Counted from the first letter of the stretch, positions 10,486-23,750 are shown. The stretch is DNA of 28,022 bases from Chiloscyllium plagiosum (GCF_004010195.1 NC_057752.1:10699631-10727652); one strand, 5' to 3'. Notes: a model not told the origin generated them from the letters alone. Translations and numbers: made by a program.

Positions 10486-10904
10486 ACTTAGTTTCCCTTA
10501 GTAACTGAATTTTCTTTGTATTTACTGAATAGCATGAAACTTCATATCACAGCTTTTTTAGTATTAATTAAGGTTTCAAATGTCTAGCACAGGAAAACAA
10601 AAGGGGAGAATCATGAGCTGCACTGAGACTATGATGCCCCATTAAGCTAGTCTCAAACATTGATCTGATGCCAAGTGTACCCTAATATCAGTGTGTTATT
10701 TATGAAAAGAAGTCGTATTTGTTCGTAGAAAGAAAGGTAAACTAACCCTCAGATGAAAGTAGGCAAGGGGACAATGTTCATTCCTGATGTCATGAGTAGC
10801 TGCCTGCCGTAACTGGCCAAAAGGATTCAGAAAACTGATCAACCCACCCCTGGACATCAGATATTTCAATACATGCCTAAGGCAGAAGGGAGTTCTCATT
10901 GGGT

Positions 10905-13900
10905 GGCCCTGATAGAGCAGTCCTTATCAGGCAGACCTTGTAGGTAGAAGTCCTTATCAGCTGGTCCCTATAGGGAGCAGTCCTCACTGAGAAGGTCTTA
11001 TCAGGTGGTCCTCTTAGATAAGAGCCCTTATCGAGCAGTCAGTGTGTGGTGCTCAGAGCTGTCTTCTCCTGTTGTCTTTCTTTTGTTTCAGCTGCAGGAA
11101 GAGCAGGAGTGTCGACCAGGTGGCTGACGGGAAGGTGAATCACTGATTAAAAAACTCACCTCCTGAACGGGACTGCTGAGTAAGTGAGGCAATACACAAA
11201 GGAACCTCGATTATCTGAATATCGGATTATCCGAAGGGGATCTCAAGGTCCCGATCGAAACATTACGTCAAAGTGTTCTTTCAACCCTGATCGTGTCTTT
11301 TGTTTACAGGTACAATGATTAAAAACAAACTCGGCTCACTGCTGCCGAGAACAGTCCTGGTCAGTCCAGGCACAGTCTCCAAATGACTGACCTCTCTCTC
11401 TCTCTCTTCCCGCACACTTTCTCTGGAGTTCTACACAGGGGTGTATCTTGAACATGCTTCCCCAGATTATCTCGCCAATATTGTCTTGTATAGGGCAAAG
11501 GTGGAACCTGTCAAACAGTTACAGTGTTGGTGTGTCTATGTGCGCACACTATTTGGAGACCTACCCCACAAAGGCAGCAGCAGTCTGACTGTTGGTGTAC
11601 CATCTGGCTTCCTAGGGTTGGGAGGAGAGGGGGTGGGGGGGCAGGGGGCGGAGCTCACGCACTGTGTGCTGCTGCCTTGTCTCCTGAACGGGGAGCACAC
11701 TTTACAGAAAACTCCGAGCCCCAAAGAAAATGAATTAACCAAATAATCAATTATCCGAACAAAACAGCGTCCGCCCATCTCGTTCAGGTAATCGAGGTTC
11801 TTCTGTATTTGGATGGTTGCGTTACTCAAAACGCTGCTGAGGTAGTGTCTCCCACCCAATCTCCTCCTCTAACCATAAACAAGTCCTGTGCATCAGATTG
11901 GGAAGGTAACTAGTTTTTTAAAAAATTCTTTATTTTTCTATGGTCTCTTTGGGTATTTAGAATAACAGTTCGGGCAGTTGAATGTTACTCCTGTAGGCTG
12001 TGGGAGGTAAGAGTCACCACTAAGGTCCCTGCTGACTTTGTCTGCGGGAAGTGCACACAACTCCTGCTCCTCCAAATCCACGTTAACGAACTGGAGCTGA
12101 ATGAACTTCAGATCATTCGGGAGGCAGAGGGGGCTATTGAGAGGAGTTACAGGGAAGTAGTCACAGCTCAGGTACAAGAAAAAGGCAAATGGGTTACCGT
12201 CAGGGGATGGAAAGGGAACCGACAAGCAGTGCAGGGATCCCCTGTGGCCATTCCCCTCAATAACAAGTAAATTGTTTTGGATACTGTTGGGGTGGGGGGG
12301 GGTTTGGAAATGACTTACCAGGGGTAAGCCATGGGTACAGGTCTCTCACGCAGAGTCTGTCCCTGTTGCTCAGAAAGGAAGGGGGGAGAACAGCAGAACA
12401 TTCATCATTGGGGACTCCATAGTTAGGGGGACAGATAGGAGGTTCTGTGGGAACGAAAGAGACTCACAGTTGGTGTGTTGTCTCCCAGGTGCCAGGATTT
12501 GTGATTTCTCGGATCGTGTTTTTGGGATCCTTGACGAGGAGGGGGATCAGCCCCAAGTTGTGGTCCACATAGGCACGAATGACACAGGTAGGGAAAGGGA
12601 TGGGTATTTAAGGCAGAAATTTAGGGAGATAGGGTGGAAGCTTAAAACTAGAACAAACGGAGTTGTTATCTCTGGCTTGTAGCCCATACCACGCTAATGA
12701 GGCAAGGAATAGGGAGAGAGAGGAGTTAAACTTGTGTCTACAGGGATGGTGCAGGAGGGAGGGTTTCGAATGCCTGGATAATTGGGGCTCATTCTGGGGT
12801 AGGTGGGACCTCTATAAACAGGATGGTTTACACCTGAACCAGAGGGGTACCAATATCCTGGGGGGGGCAAATTTGCTAATGCTCTTGAGTAGGGTTTAAA
12901 CTAATTCAGCAGGGGGATGGGAACCTAAATTGTAGTTCCAGTGTCCAGGAATAAGGTGGGTGAACCTGCAGCATGGGTTGGTACCTGGGACTTCGATGTT
13001 GTGGCCATTTTTGCAGGTTCCAGGATTTAGATGTTTCAGTAAGAACAGAAAAGATGGTAAAAGTGGGGGGAGGTGTGGCATTGGTAGTCAAGGACAGTAT
13101 TACGGTGACAGAAAGGATGTTTGAGGACTCATCTACTGAGGTAGTATGGGCTGAGGTTAGAAACGGGAAAGGAAAGGTCACCCTTTTGTGAGTTTTCTAT
13201 AGGCCTCCGAATAGTTCCAGAGATGAAGGGGAAAGGATAGCAAAGATAATTCTGAATAGGAGCGAGAGTGACAGGGTTATTGTTATGGGGGACATAACTT
13301 TCCAAATATAGACTAGAAATACTATAGTTCACGTACTTTAGATGGGTCAGTCTTTGTCCGATGTGTGCAGGAGGGTTTCCTGACACAGTATGTAGACAGG
13401 CCAACAAGGGGTGAGGCCACATTGGACTTGGTACTGGGTAATGAACCTGGCCAGGTGTTAGATTTGGAGGTAGATGAGCACTTTGGTGATAGTGACCACA
13501 ATTCGGTTATGTTTACTTTAGCGACAGAAAGGAATAGGTATATACCGCAGGGTAAGAGTTATAGCTGGGGGAAAAGGCAATTATGATGTAATTAGGCAAG
13601 ATTTAGGATGCATAGGATGGTGAAGGAAACTGCAGGGGATGGGCATAATTGAAATGTGGAGCTTATTCAAGGAACATCTACGGTGTGTCCTTGATAAGTA
13701 TGTACTTGTCAGGCAGGGAGGAAGTGATCGAGGGAGGGAGCCGTGGTTTACTAAAGAAGTTGAATCTCTTGTCAAGAGGAAGAAGAAGGCGTGTTAGGAT
13801 GAGACATGAAGGCTTAGTTAGGGCGCTTGAGAGTTACAAGTTAGCCAGGAAAGACCTAGAGAGAGAGAGCTAAGAAGAGCCAGGAGGGGACATGTGAAGT

Positions 13901-15694
13901 TGTTGGCAGATGGGTGCAAGGAAAACCCTAAAGCTTTCTATAGGTATATCAGGAATAAAAGAATGACGAGAGAAAGATTAGGGCCAATCAAGGATAATAG
14001 TGGGAAGTTGTGCGTGGAGTCCAAGGAGATAGGGGAAGTGCTAAATGAATATTTTTCGTTCGTATTTACACTGGAAAAAGACAATGTCGAGGAGAATACT
14101 GAGATACAGGCTATTAGACTAGATGGGATTGAGGTTCACAAGGAGGTAGTGTTAGCAATTCTGAAAAGTGTGAAAACAGATAAGTCCCCTGGACTGGATG
14201 GGATTTATCCCAGGATTCTCGGAGAAGCCAGGGAGGAAATTGCAAAGCCTTTGGCTTTGATCTTTATGTTGTCATTGACTACAGGAATAATGCAGGAAGG
14301 CTGGAGGATAGCAAATGTTGTCCCCTTGTTCAAGAAAGGGAGTAGAGACAGCCCTGGGAATTATAGACCAGTGAGCCTTACTTCAGTTGTGGGTAAAGTG
14401 TTGGAAAAGGTTATAAGAGATTCGATTTATAATCATCTCGAAAGGAATAATTTAATAAGGGATAGTCAACACAGTTTTGTGAAGGATTGAAATCTTTGAG
14501 ATGCTGACCAAACAGGTGGATGAGGGTAAAGCGGTTGATGTGGTGTATATGGATTTCAGTAAGGCGTTTGATAAGGTTCCCCACAGTAGGCTATTGCACA
14601 AAATAGGCATGGGATTGAGGGTGATTTAGCGGTTTGGGTCAGAAATTGGCTAGCTGAAAGAAGATAGAGGGTGGTGGTTGATGGGAAATGTTCATCCTGG
14701 AGTTCAGTTACTAGTGGTGTACCGCAAGGATCTGTTTTGGGGCCCACTGCTGTTTGTCATTTTTATAAATGACCTGGAAGGGTCCAGGGCGCAAATTTGC
14801 AGATGACACGAAGGTCAGTGGAATTGTGGACAGTGCCAAAAAATGTTGCAGGTTACAGAGGGACATAGATTAGCTGCAGAGCTGGGCTGAGGAGAGGTGG
14901 CAAAGGGAGGTTAATGCGGAAAAGTGTGAGGTGATTCACTTTGGAAGGAGCAACAGGAATAGAGAGTGCTGGCTAATGTTAAGGTTCTTGGTAGTGTGGA
15001 TGAGCATAGAGATCTCGGTGTGCATGTACATAGATACCTGAAAGTTGCCACTCATGTTGATAGGGTTGTTAAGAAGGCATATGGTGTGTTAGCTATTATT
15101 GGTAGAGGGATTGAGTTTCGGAGCCATGAGGTCATACTGCAGCTGTACAAAACTCTGGTGTAGCCACACTTGGAGTATTGTGTACAGTTCTGGTCACCGC
15201 ATTATAGGAAGGATGTGGAAGCTTTGGAAAGGTTTCAGAGGAAATCTACTAGGATTCTACCTGGTGTGGAGGGAAGGGCTTATGAGGAAAGGCCAAAGGA
15301 CTTGAGGCTGTTTTCGTTAGAGAGAAAAGGGTCGAGAGGTGAATTAATTGAGATATAAAGGGTAATCAGGGGATTAGATAGGGTGGACAGTGAGAGCCTT
15401 TTTCCTTCGATGGCAAGGGCTAGCAAGCGGGGACATAGCTTTAAATTGAGGGGTGATAGATATAGGACAGATGTCAGAGATAGTTTCTTTACTCAAGAGA
15501 TAGTAGGAGCGTGGAATGCACTGCCTGCAACAGCAGTAGACTCGCCAACTTTAAGGGCATTTAAATGGCCAATGGATAAACACATGGATGATAATGGAAT
15601 AGTGTAGGATAGTTGGGCTTCAGATTGGTTCCACAGGTCAGTGCAACATCGAGGGCTGAAGGGCCTGTACTGCGCTGTAATGTTCTATGTTCTA
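10905..15694 (+). mobile_element. Near full-length, inactivated CR1 LINE (5' UTR, ORF1 zinc-finger/SGNH esterase, ORF2 APE-RT, tail)
   Basis: ORF1 (about 11955-12905): Cys pairs (..CGKCTQL), GDSIVRG, CLPGARI, VVHIGTND, DGLHLNQRG. ORF2 (about 12945-15607): GGGVAL, YRPP, LDLVLGN, SDHNS, KSPGLDG, NYRPVSLTS, GVPQGSVLG, FADDTK. Ends TTCTATGTTCTA. Many stops and frameshifts; 5' boundary approximate. Confidence 0.95.
11195..11805. mobile_element. Tigger/pogo-like MITE (about 610 bp) nested in the CR1 5' UTR
   Basis: TIRs caaaggaacctcgattatctgaa (left) and ttcaggtaatcgaggttcttctg (right); TA duplication at 11193-11194 and 11806-11807; subterminal ATTATCCGAA repeats. Confidence 0.85.
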
Positions 15695-16189
15695 AGATGG
15701 ACCAGGAGGAGGAAGAGGAGGAGGAAGACCAGCGAAGAGTTCCATGACGTCTCAGCTAGAGAGGGGATGCTGCCTCCACAACTTTAACACAACTAAACAG
15801 CCTGTTTTGCCCTTTGGTAGCAGTGAACTGTTCCCAAGTGTCACAGTTATATGCTTTATTTCCTTCATTAACTAATCTAAACTGCCATTTCTTAACAAAG
15901 TCATTAAACTATCAGAGAATTGCTACAAATTGTTGACTGTCTACATTGGGTAACTGCGAATGCAAACCTCCTAAAATCAACAAGTACAATCTTTGAAGAT
16001 GGCAGCCCATATGGAGAAAGTGATTAGAAAAACAGATGGGACTTTGGGCTTTGTAATTGCTCTCACTTATGATGAACACCTTCAAAGTCCAGCAGCATCA
16101 TCTTTCTTGGAAAGGACAGATGCAAAGTACTCACGTAGCCTCTCAACCATGCCATCTGTGTTCATGAGGAGATCCTTTTTGGTCAATAC

Positions 16190-17090
16190 TGGCTCCATGC
16201 CTTCAGATTGCTTTCTGTTTTAGCTGCTAGTTTCTTTTCATACTTCTTTGTTGCATCTTCTTTACATTTTCACCTGCTTGTTCTATTTTCAGCCTAGTTC
16301 TCACTCAATCATGTGCATCCTTTTTGTGCTACATCCTATTCTCCTTCTTTAATTTCATTTCATTTCATCCAGGAAGCTCTAGTGTTGGTTGCCCTACCTT
16401 TCCTCCTTGTGGGAATGCACTCTGACCGTCAGAACATTTCTCACTTACAAGTTTTGCTAGTCAGTTTTTGATTCCATTTTTCACAATGCTCCTCCTCCAA
16501 CGTTTATTATCCTTTTCCATAGCCAACCTCAACCTTGTTTCAGTGTGATAATGGCTCACTCAACGTCTCGTAATACTGATATATGGCTCACCTCAATTCC
16601 CAAAAACAGGTCCTGAAAAGATTCCATCAAAAAGGTATAGACTGAGAAAATTCTTTCGGACACTTTTTGAGAAAACACTCATCCCTCTCTGTCCATAATA
16701 TTAAAATATCTGAATTCCCAAACTTTAAAACTCTGTAGTTTTTAGTGTGTCTGTGTAATTTCCTTACAGAATACATGCAGTGAAATACACCCAGTTGTGT
16801 AATAATACCTCTTTTCGTTCTTAACTCTAAGCAAATAGATTCCTCCAAGACATCCTCACTCTTTCCCTAAAACTGTAATATTCTTCTTAATACTGCTACT
16901 CCTCTTTCCTATCTTTCCAGAGCCCCTTGCCTCCAGGAATATTTGATATCCAGTCCTGCTCTTGAGCTAGGTTTCACTTACTGCAACATTAATTTCTCAC
17001 ATGGCTATTTGCACCAGCAGCTCATTACCTTTATTTACCATATGTTACGCATTTCTATGAATTCACTGTATATCTAAATCAGAATTCACT
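16190..17090 (-). mobile_element. Highly decayed CR1 ORF2 (endonuclease/linker) fragment
   Basis: ORF 16627-16848 ESICLELRTKRG..LGVF; other decayed endonuclease motifs nearby. Confidence 0.7.
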
Positions 17091-18387
17091 GCTTTACCTT
17101 TTAGTCTGATCCCGCCTAACACCTGATTTCCTTTTTTTACTTGGACCTCTCTCTCCCAAACCTTTGTGAATCTTATTTGTCCTTCCTAATGCTATATTGT
17201 GGTTCCCATTCTGCCAAATTAGTTTGAATGCTTTTGGACAGAACGAGCAAACTATTCCACAAGGACAGGCGAAATACAACCAACCTAGTCTGCTTAGATC
17301 TCACAGTCCCAGGTCTCAATGTGCCACAGATCTAAACCCTAATGGGAAAAAAAGATGTCAAGTACCTCCTTAGTGTAGTACTGGACAGTAGGCCTCAGGG
17401 TAAAGTCCAACACTGTGCAGAGTTTCTGAGTTCAGTACCAGGTGCTACATTGTGTCGAGACAGTGGGCTAAAGGTGTGACAATAAAAAAGGCTCAGCCTT
17501 AGCTGATCACTATAAAATGACTTATGGTGGAAAGTACGTGCTTGGCAATAGTGGGCGAGGACAATATCAATCTGGTCTGCTTCATCATTGTTGCTGCATT
17601 CCAACCCAGCCATGGTAACATAGCCTGCAAATACATGATCAAGCTTTCCCATGCACTAAGTGTCTGCAGTTGCTTATGAGACCATACAGGAGCACAGGTA
17701 TTGGAAAAGAAAATAGGAAAAAAGAGAAATACACCAAAACTGATCCAATTTATGCATTCAGACTTCCTATAATAGGGCAAATCCATACAAACGCTTTTTC
17801 TTAAATTTTTGCTCATGTTATGAAAGTGGCTTCACTGAAAGTTGTACTGTTGTCTTCGCAAAATATTTTGATTCCTAAATGAAACAACAGAAGTGTGCGT
17901 ATGGAGATGATCAGCTGTCATTGTTGTGTCAAGTAAAACTTGTGACCAAAAATGAAAAGCTGCCATCAGCAGTGACTGTGAAGAGATTTGAACAGATCTT
18001 TTCACTTGACTGATTAAGGCACCCCAATACCAAGAGAACGTGGAACTGAAATCAAGCAGCTCAAAACAACATACAGGCAAGGTCACAGATTTGAATCCAT
18101 TTTGGCACATTGAGTGGGGGGGGGGTGCGAAAATGACCAAAAAGAAGTAAACTTCTGCTAACTATTGGACATTTCCTTGGATCATGTACAGAAACTGTTT
18201 TTGCTCTTGGAACACTTGGTTATATAGAGACAGTAAAAGGATTTGGATTAAATATGATAATAAGCAAACTCCACTGTACTAAATGTCTTACAATGTTCCA
18301 ATTCACAATTCATACCTAACTCAGCACCAACACAGCTAAATAAATCAAGTGCAATTTGAAGGGGAGAGACCGTGAATGCTGACTCAC

Positions 18388-18542
18388 CTGTGTTATCATG
18401 TGATTGGTCATTGGTTGTTGTGGAGGTGTGGGTGGCAGTTGCTGCTGTTGTGCAGAATTCGACAGGACGGTCCTCCCAGGTTGCTGTGCAGAGGCTTGCA
18501 CGTAACTTGATGACGTTAACTCAGGAGTCCCGAGAGGCAAGC
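18388..18542 (-). CDS. R3HDM2: R3HDM2 Q/P-rich coding exon: (G)LPLGTPELTSSSYVQASAQQPGRTVLSNSAQQQQLPPTPPQQPMTNHMITQ
   Basis: ctcctgctctag|GCTTGCCTC...ATAACACAG|gtgagt; 155 nt, phase 1 to 0. Corresponds to recalled mammalian 'GMALGAPE...QQQQLP..PPTPQQQPPLNNHMISQ', which favours R3HDM2 over its paralogs. Confidence 0.9.
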
Positions 18543-19529
18543 CTAGAGCAGGAGTAACCAATTCTTACAACATAGAACGAGTGACCGTACGAAGCTCTAC
18601 TTGACAGCTGTACAAACATATGCACAATGCCAAAACAAGCAAAATTTACTTAATTACATTGTTCAATTCTTGCAGGTCACACAAGCTCAGTTCATACCAT
18701 AACTATATATAAAAAAAATGCAGACTTTGTGTTTGACACAAATATTCTAACAGAGGATTTCAAAAAGCGATCATGATATAATGGAAATAGATCAATCGCT
18801 AAAAGACTAAAAATTCAGCTTCTCAAAAATTTGGAGCGGATTTCAACTTTTTCTCAATTTATTCTGTTCCCTCTGTGTAAAATATAAATTATGTTCAGGG
18901 ATTCAGACAATGAGATTGCACAACTTGTGCCTCAGTTCAACATCTGAACAAACATTTGCTGACAAGCAGATGGACACAAGCGGTAGGAAATCCCACAAGA
19001 AATTGAGACTGAAAAGGAAACAAGAGTTGTGGCAGGAATTTTGTTTCAACCCTGAAATAAAGACTATAAAACAAACATGTCTTATACTTTTGCCTCTTTG
19101 TGAGGAAATTGCTCACATCTTGCAAGTTGCAGTCCAGAATGGAAAGGGCTCCAGTGACATAGGTGATGGGATCAGTAGTTGCTACTTTGTTCTTTTAGAA
19201 CATAGCGCCCTTTTAGTGCACAAACAAGTTGTCAGAGCTGAGAGTACAGTTACTTAGCATCCCGAAATATCAGGTCACTGGTTTTATGGGTGCCAGGATG
19301 AAGTGTGAAATGAGCATCGCCAAATATTGAACAATCCAGATGTGTCAATACAGTATGAAAGGAGTGACAGCATGAAAGGCTGCAATCCAAGAGTGAGGCA
19401 ACTTATTTCAGCAGGGTCACAGTGCAGAGTTTATTCCTATGTTTCCTCATGACAAGTTATCAATTTTAGGTACCTTTAGCAGATATCACAGGAAAGATGA
19501 ATACCACTCCACAAGGATGGAAAGTAAAT

Positions 19530-19925
19530 GTTAGAAATGCTCAGCAGGTCAGGCAGCAGAGAAACACCACAAACATTTCAGGCCGGTGACTGATGACGTG
19601 GTAGGCTACTTAAAACGGAGACGAGGGGCAACTTCTTCACTCAGCACGTGGAAAATTCTCTATCCCAGAGGATTGTGGAAGCTCAGTCATTGAGCAGGTT
19701 TAAAAAAGAAACCAATAGATATCTGGAGACAAACTACATCAAGGAATTATGGGGATAGCATGGAAAAGTGGTGCTGTCGTAAATGATCAGCTCCGATCTA
19801 ACTGAATGGAAAAGCAGGCTTAAGGGACTAAATGGTCTAGTCCTGTTCCTATCTTCTTGACATTAACTCTGTTTCTCTCACCATGGATACTGCCTGACCT
19901 GCTGAGCATTTCCAGCATCTGGAGT
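19530..19925. mobile_element. Palindromic Penelope-type element arms (19534-19558 / 19887-19912) enclosing a plus-strand CR1 3' end (about 19590-19850)
   Basis: gaaatgctcagcaggtcaggcagca versus tactgcctgacctgctgagcatttc. The internal segment 'ttcttcactcag...gattgtggaagctcagtcattg...ggactaaatggtctagtcctgttcctat' is a CR1 3' UTR. Confidence 0.7.
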
Positions 19926-20000
19926 GTTTTGCTTTGGGGAAGAAAATGGGATGGCTGCTTCTGTGTTTGAACACAACTTGTAGCAGTGAGAATCAAATCA

Positions 20001-20417
<417 letters not shown>

Positions 20418-20944
20418 CTAAAAAGACCTCATGGCAGCAAAATACTACGATTTCTGCATTATTCCATGGGGATTCATCTTTGTTTCAATGCAAGTGTTTC
20501 TCGCTTTAACAGAATTATAAGCCTTTTGTTTCTTGTACACTTGAAACATCAAAAAGCCTATCAAGTATTGCACAAACTTTGCCACAATGATATGGTTGGT
20601 GCTGCTTTTCAAGTCTTCATGCCCAGTATTTTCACAAATGCAACAAACAAACAAAAATATCAGCACATCAAACACAAAAAGTGCTTCTTTAGATCCATCT
20701 ATCTATTCTAGGAAAACTCCAGAGAAGGAGCTGAATCCAAGAAGTGACGGGGATTTGGAAACAGGCAACATTGTGTAAATCTAGCATCTCATTGCCCTAC
20801 ATAGCATATACTGTCAATAAAAATATATTGCCTCACTTTAAAACCAACCTGTCATAATAAATTGTAAATACTGCTACAAATATGAATACTTGGTAAAGGG
20901 GCTAACAGCTCAAAAGTGCAAAATTGTCAATGCACGTATTCAAT

Positions 20945-21810
20945 AGAAGCATTTATGTAGCACCTTTAACACTGTAAAACATCCTTAGGCATCTTATAGG
21001 AGCACGATCAAATAAAATTTGTCATCAGCTAAATAAAGAGATATTAAGACCAAACTGTCAGTCAATTGGTAGGATATAAGAAGCTTTGTAAAGGAGAAGT
21101 TCAGGCAGGGAATTTAGAACTTAGAACCTTGATGGGTGAAAGCACGGCTGACATTGATGGAGTAATTAAAATTCGGGATGCACAAAAAGCCAGAATAGAT
21201 AATGGCACAGGGTTGTAGGGCTAGAGGAGATTAAAGATAGGAAAGAACGACACCATGGATAGTTCAGAAAACACGTATGAGAATTTTAAAATCAAGGCAC
21301 TGCTTATTTAGGAAGCAACAAAGCAGTAATAGGTGAATGGAATTTGACAGGGATGGAGCTGGTGACATTAGAACAAAGTCTGTGGAAGCCTCCCAATATT
21401 TAATTGGACAAAATTTCTGCTCATCCTTTACTGGATGTCAGATAAACAGTGACAATTTAAAGGAAATGGAGGAATCAAGGGAGGTGTTGGAGAGGTAGAG
21501 TTGGGCATTATCAGAATACACGTGGAAACTAATTGAGCTTTTAGGTGATGTTGCAGATTAGAAATCGGAAGGGGTCCAAGGATTGAACCTTGGTGGACAA
21601 CAGAAGTAACAGCACACGAGTGGGAAGAGGAGACGATGCAGGTGATCCTCTGGCTTCGACTTGATAGCTAAGAACGGAGTCTAGTGTTAACTCAGTTGGG
21701 CAAAAATGGACAGGGACCTGAGATAGTGTGGTCAATTGTATCAACAGCTGTAGTAAGATGAGAAGGACAAGGAGAGAAGGACAAGGAGAGATAGTTAATG
21801 TTTGTCACAG
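20945..21810 (-). mobile_element. Ancient L2 LINE 3' fragment
   Basis: Terminus 'gcatttatgtagcacctttaac' (L2 3' end, reversed) and a decayed QGSILGP motif at about 21570-21595. Confidence 0.65.
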
Positions 21811-22369
21811 ATAATGTTAAGACATTTACAAAGCCTCAAACTATTAATATGCTTACAGCCATACTTTTCTTCAATGCTGATCAAATACAATATTGCCACA
21901 ACATAAAGCTAGCAGAGTGAATTTAAACGGATACAATAAGTTGCCGTAGGTAAACCCATAAATTAATTCAATTATATGCAAACAGCTGCAACATGACCTC
22001 CCAACTCCTACATTCAATGCTCTGACCAACAAGCCACTATAGTAGCCTACTTCTCACAGACTGACTAAAACACACTGCAATCATTAAAAAAAAATTCACT
22101 CAACTATGGCTGATCTCAACATAATTCTGACTTCCTATAAAATTTATATTTGCCACTTATGTGCAATACAAGATACCAAGGAGGAGAGGAAAAATAAACT
22201 ATCAAGAATGTATTGGAGTCAGTTTGAGGTAAGTTATTACAACCAGATAAAGGGATCTCTTGACTACCCTCATAGACAACCTGGAACCCTCAACAAGAAC
22301 ACCAGAGTACAAAAGGGCACTTTCTTTCCTGATATAGTTAATTATTCAACACAAAAAAATCATCACTGT

Positions 22370-23355
22370 GATTTATAGATTTATAGGGATGTACAGCATG
22401 GAAACAGACCCTTCGGTCCAACTCGTCCATGCTGACCAGATATCCCAACCTAATCTAGTTCCATTTGCCGGCACCCGGCCCATATCCCTCCAAACCCTTC
22501 CTATTCGTATATCCATCCAGATGCCTTTTAAATGTTGCAATTATACCAGCCTCCACCACATCCTCTGGCAACTCATTCCACACACACACCACCCTCTGTG
22601 TGAAAAAGTTGCCCTTAGGTCCCTTTGAAATTTTTCCCCTCTCACCCTAAACCTATGCCCTCTAGTTCTGGACTCTCCGACCCCAGGGAAAAGACTTTGT
22701 CTGTTTATCCTATCCATGCCCCTCATGATTTTATCAACCTCTATAAGGTCACCCCTCAGCCTCCGACACTCCAGGGAAAACAGCCCCAGCCTGTTCAGCT
22801 TCTCCCTGTAGCTCAAATTTTCCAACCCTGGCAAATTCCTTGTAAATCTTTTCTGAACCCTTTCAAGTTTCACAAAATCCTTCCAATTGAAAGGAGACCA
22901 GAATTGCACGCAATATTCCAACAGTGGCCTAACCAATGTCCTGTACAGCTGCAACATGACCTCCCAACTCCTACACTCAATGCTCTGACCAATAAAGGAA
23001 AGCACACCAAACACCTTCTTCACTAACCTATCTACGTGCGACTCCACTTTCAACAAACTATGAACCTGCACTCCAAGGTCTCTTTTTTTTCAGCAATACT
23101 CCCTCGGACCTTACCATCAAATGTATAGGTCCTGCTAAGATTTGCTTTCCCAAAATGCAGCACCCCACATATATCTAAATTAAACTCCATCGGTCACTTC
23201 TCAGCCCATTGATCCATCTGATCAAGATCTCGGTGTATTCTGAGGTAACCTTCTTCGCTGTCCATTACACCTCCAATTTTGGTGTCATCTGCAAACTTAC
23301 TAACTATACCTCCGATGTTCACATCTAAATCATTTATATAAATGACGAAAAGTAC
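22370..23355 (-). mobile_element. 5'-truncated, relatively young CR1 LINE (RT C-terminus + tail)
   Basis: ORF 22541-23071 LYRTLVRPLLEYCVQFWSP..VQKRFTR; KFADDTKIGG at about 23270-23300; (TCTATAAA)-type tail at about 22370. Confidence 0.93.
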
Positions 23356-23590
23356 TTAAGTAAAGAAAAACTGGAAATTAATTAACCAGTTTGAAAAAAA
23401 AGAATTTGTTCAGCCAGTTTTGGCAGTATAAACTCATGTACTTTCATATAGAGACCAGCAAAGAACAAAACATTGTCAGTGAGAGAAGAGTAGATGGAAC
23501 AATGACAAACACGTTGCAAAGCCATCCAATGATAAACAAGCATGCACTGGCTCTTTAAGAAGCTAGAGCTCCAAATAAATAATTGAATAC

Positions 23591-23644
23591 CTAAAAAGCT
23601 GCCTCCTTTTTTGCAAACTAGAAGAACTGCCTTCTTTGGAGACT
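23591..23644 (-). CDS. R3HDM2: R3HDM2 54-nt symmetric (probable cassette) exon: (R)VSKEGSSSSLQKRRQLF(R)
   Basis: caatcaacag|AGTCTCCAAAG...CTTTTTAG|gtattc; phase 2 to 2. Resembles the family 'SSSSxKRRQI/LFR' segment. Confidence 0.85.
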
Positions 23645-23750
23645 CTGTTGATTGTATTAGAAAGATAAATGTATTTCTAAAGGTTTGGGACATTCTTTGA
23701 ATTAAAAGAATTAAACTACATGCACAAGCACCGCGCACACTGACACTGAC

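Noticed and set aside
10790..10860. Next R3HDM2 exon (ORF contains 'LNPFGQL', like 'SNPFGQMSLSRQGS')
   Set aside because: The flanking residues do not match and there is no convincing phase-0 acceptor; treated as coincidence.
13894..14490. Functional reverse transcriptase gene
   Set aside because: It is one open segment of a CR1 ORF2 that is broken by multiple stops, frameshifts and deletions.
17499..17625. Candidate exon after the acceptor-like gtatttgcag
   Set aside because: The phase-0 translation (AMLPWLGWNAA...) is unlike R3HDM2 and ends in a stop; no support without RNA data.
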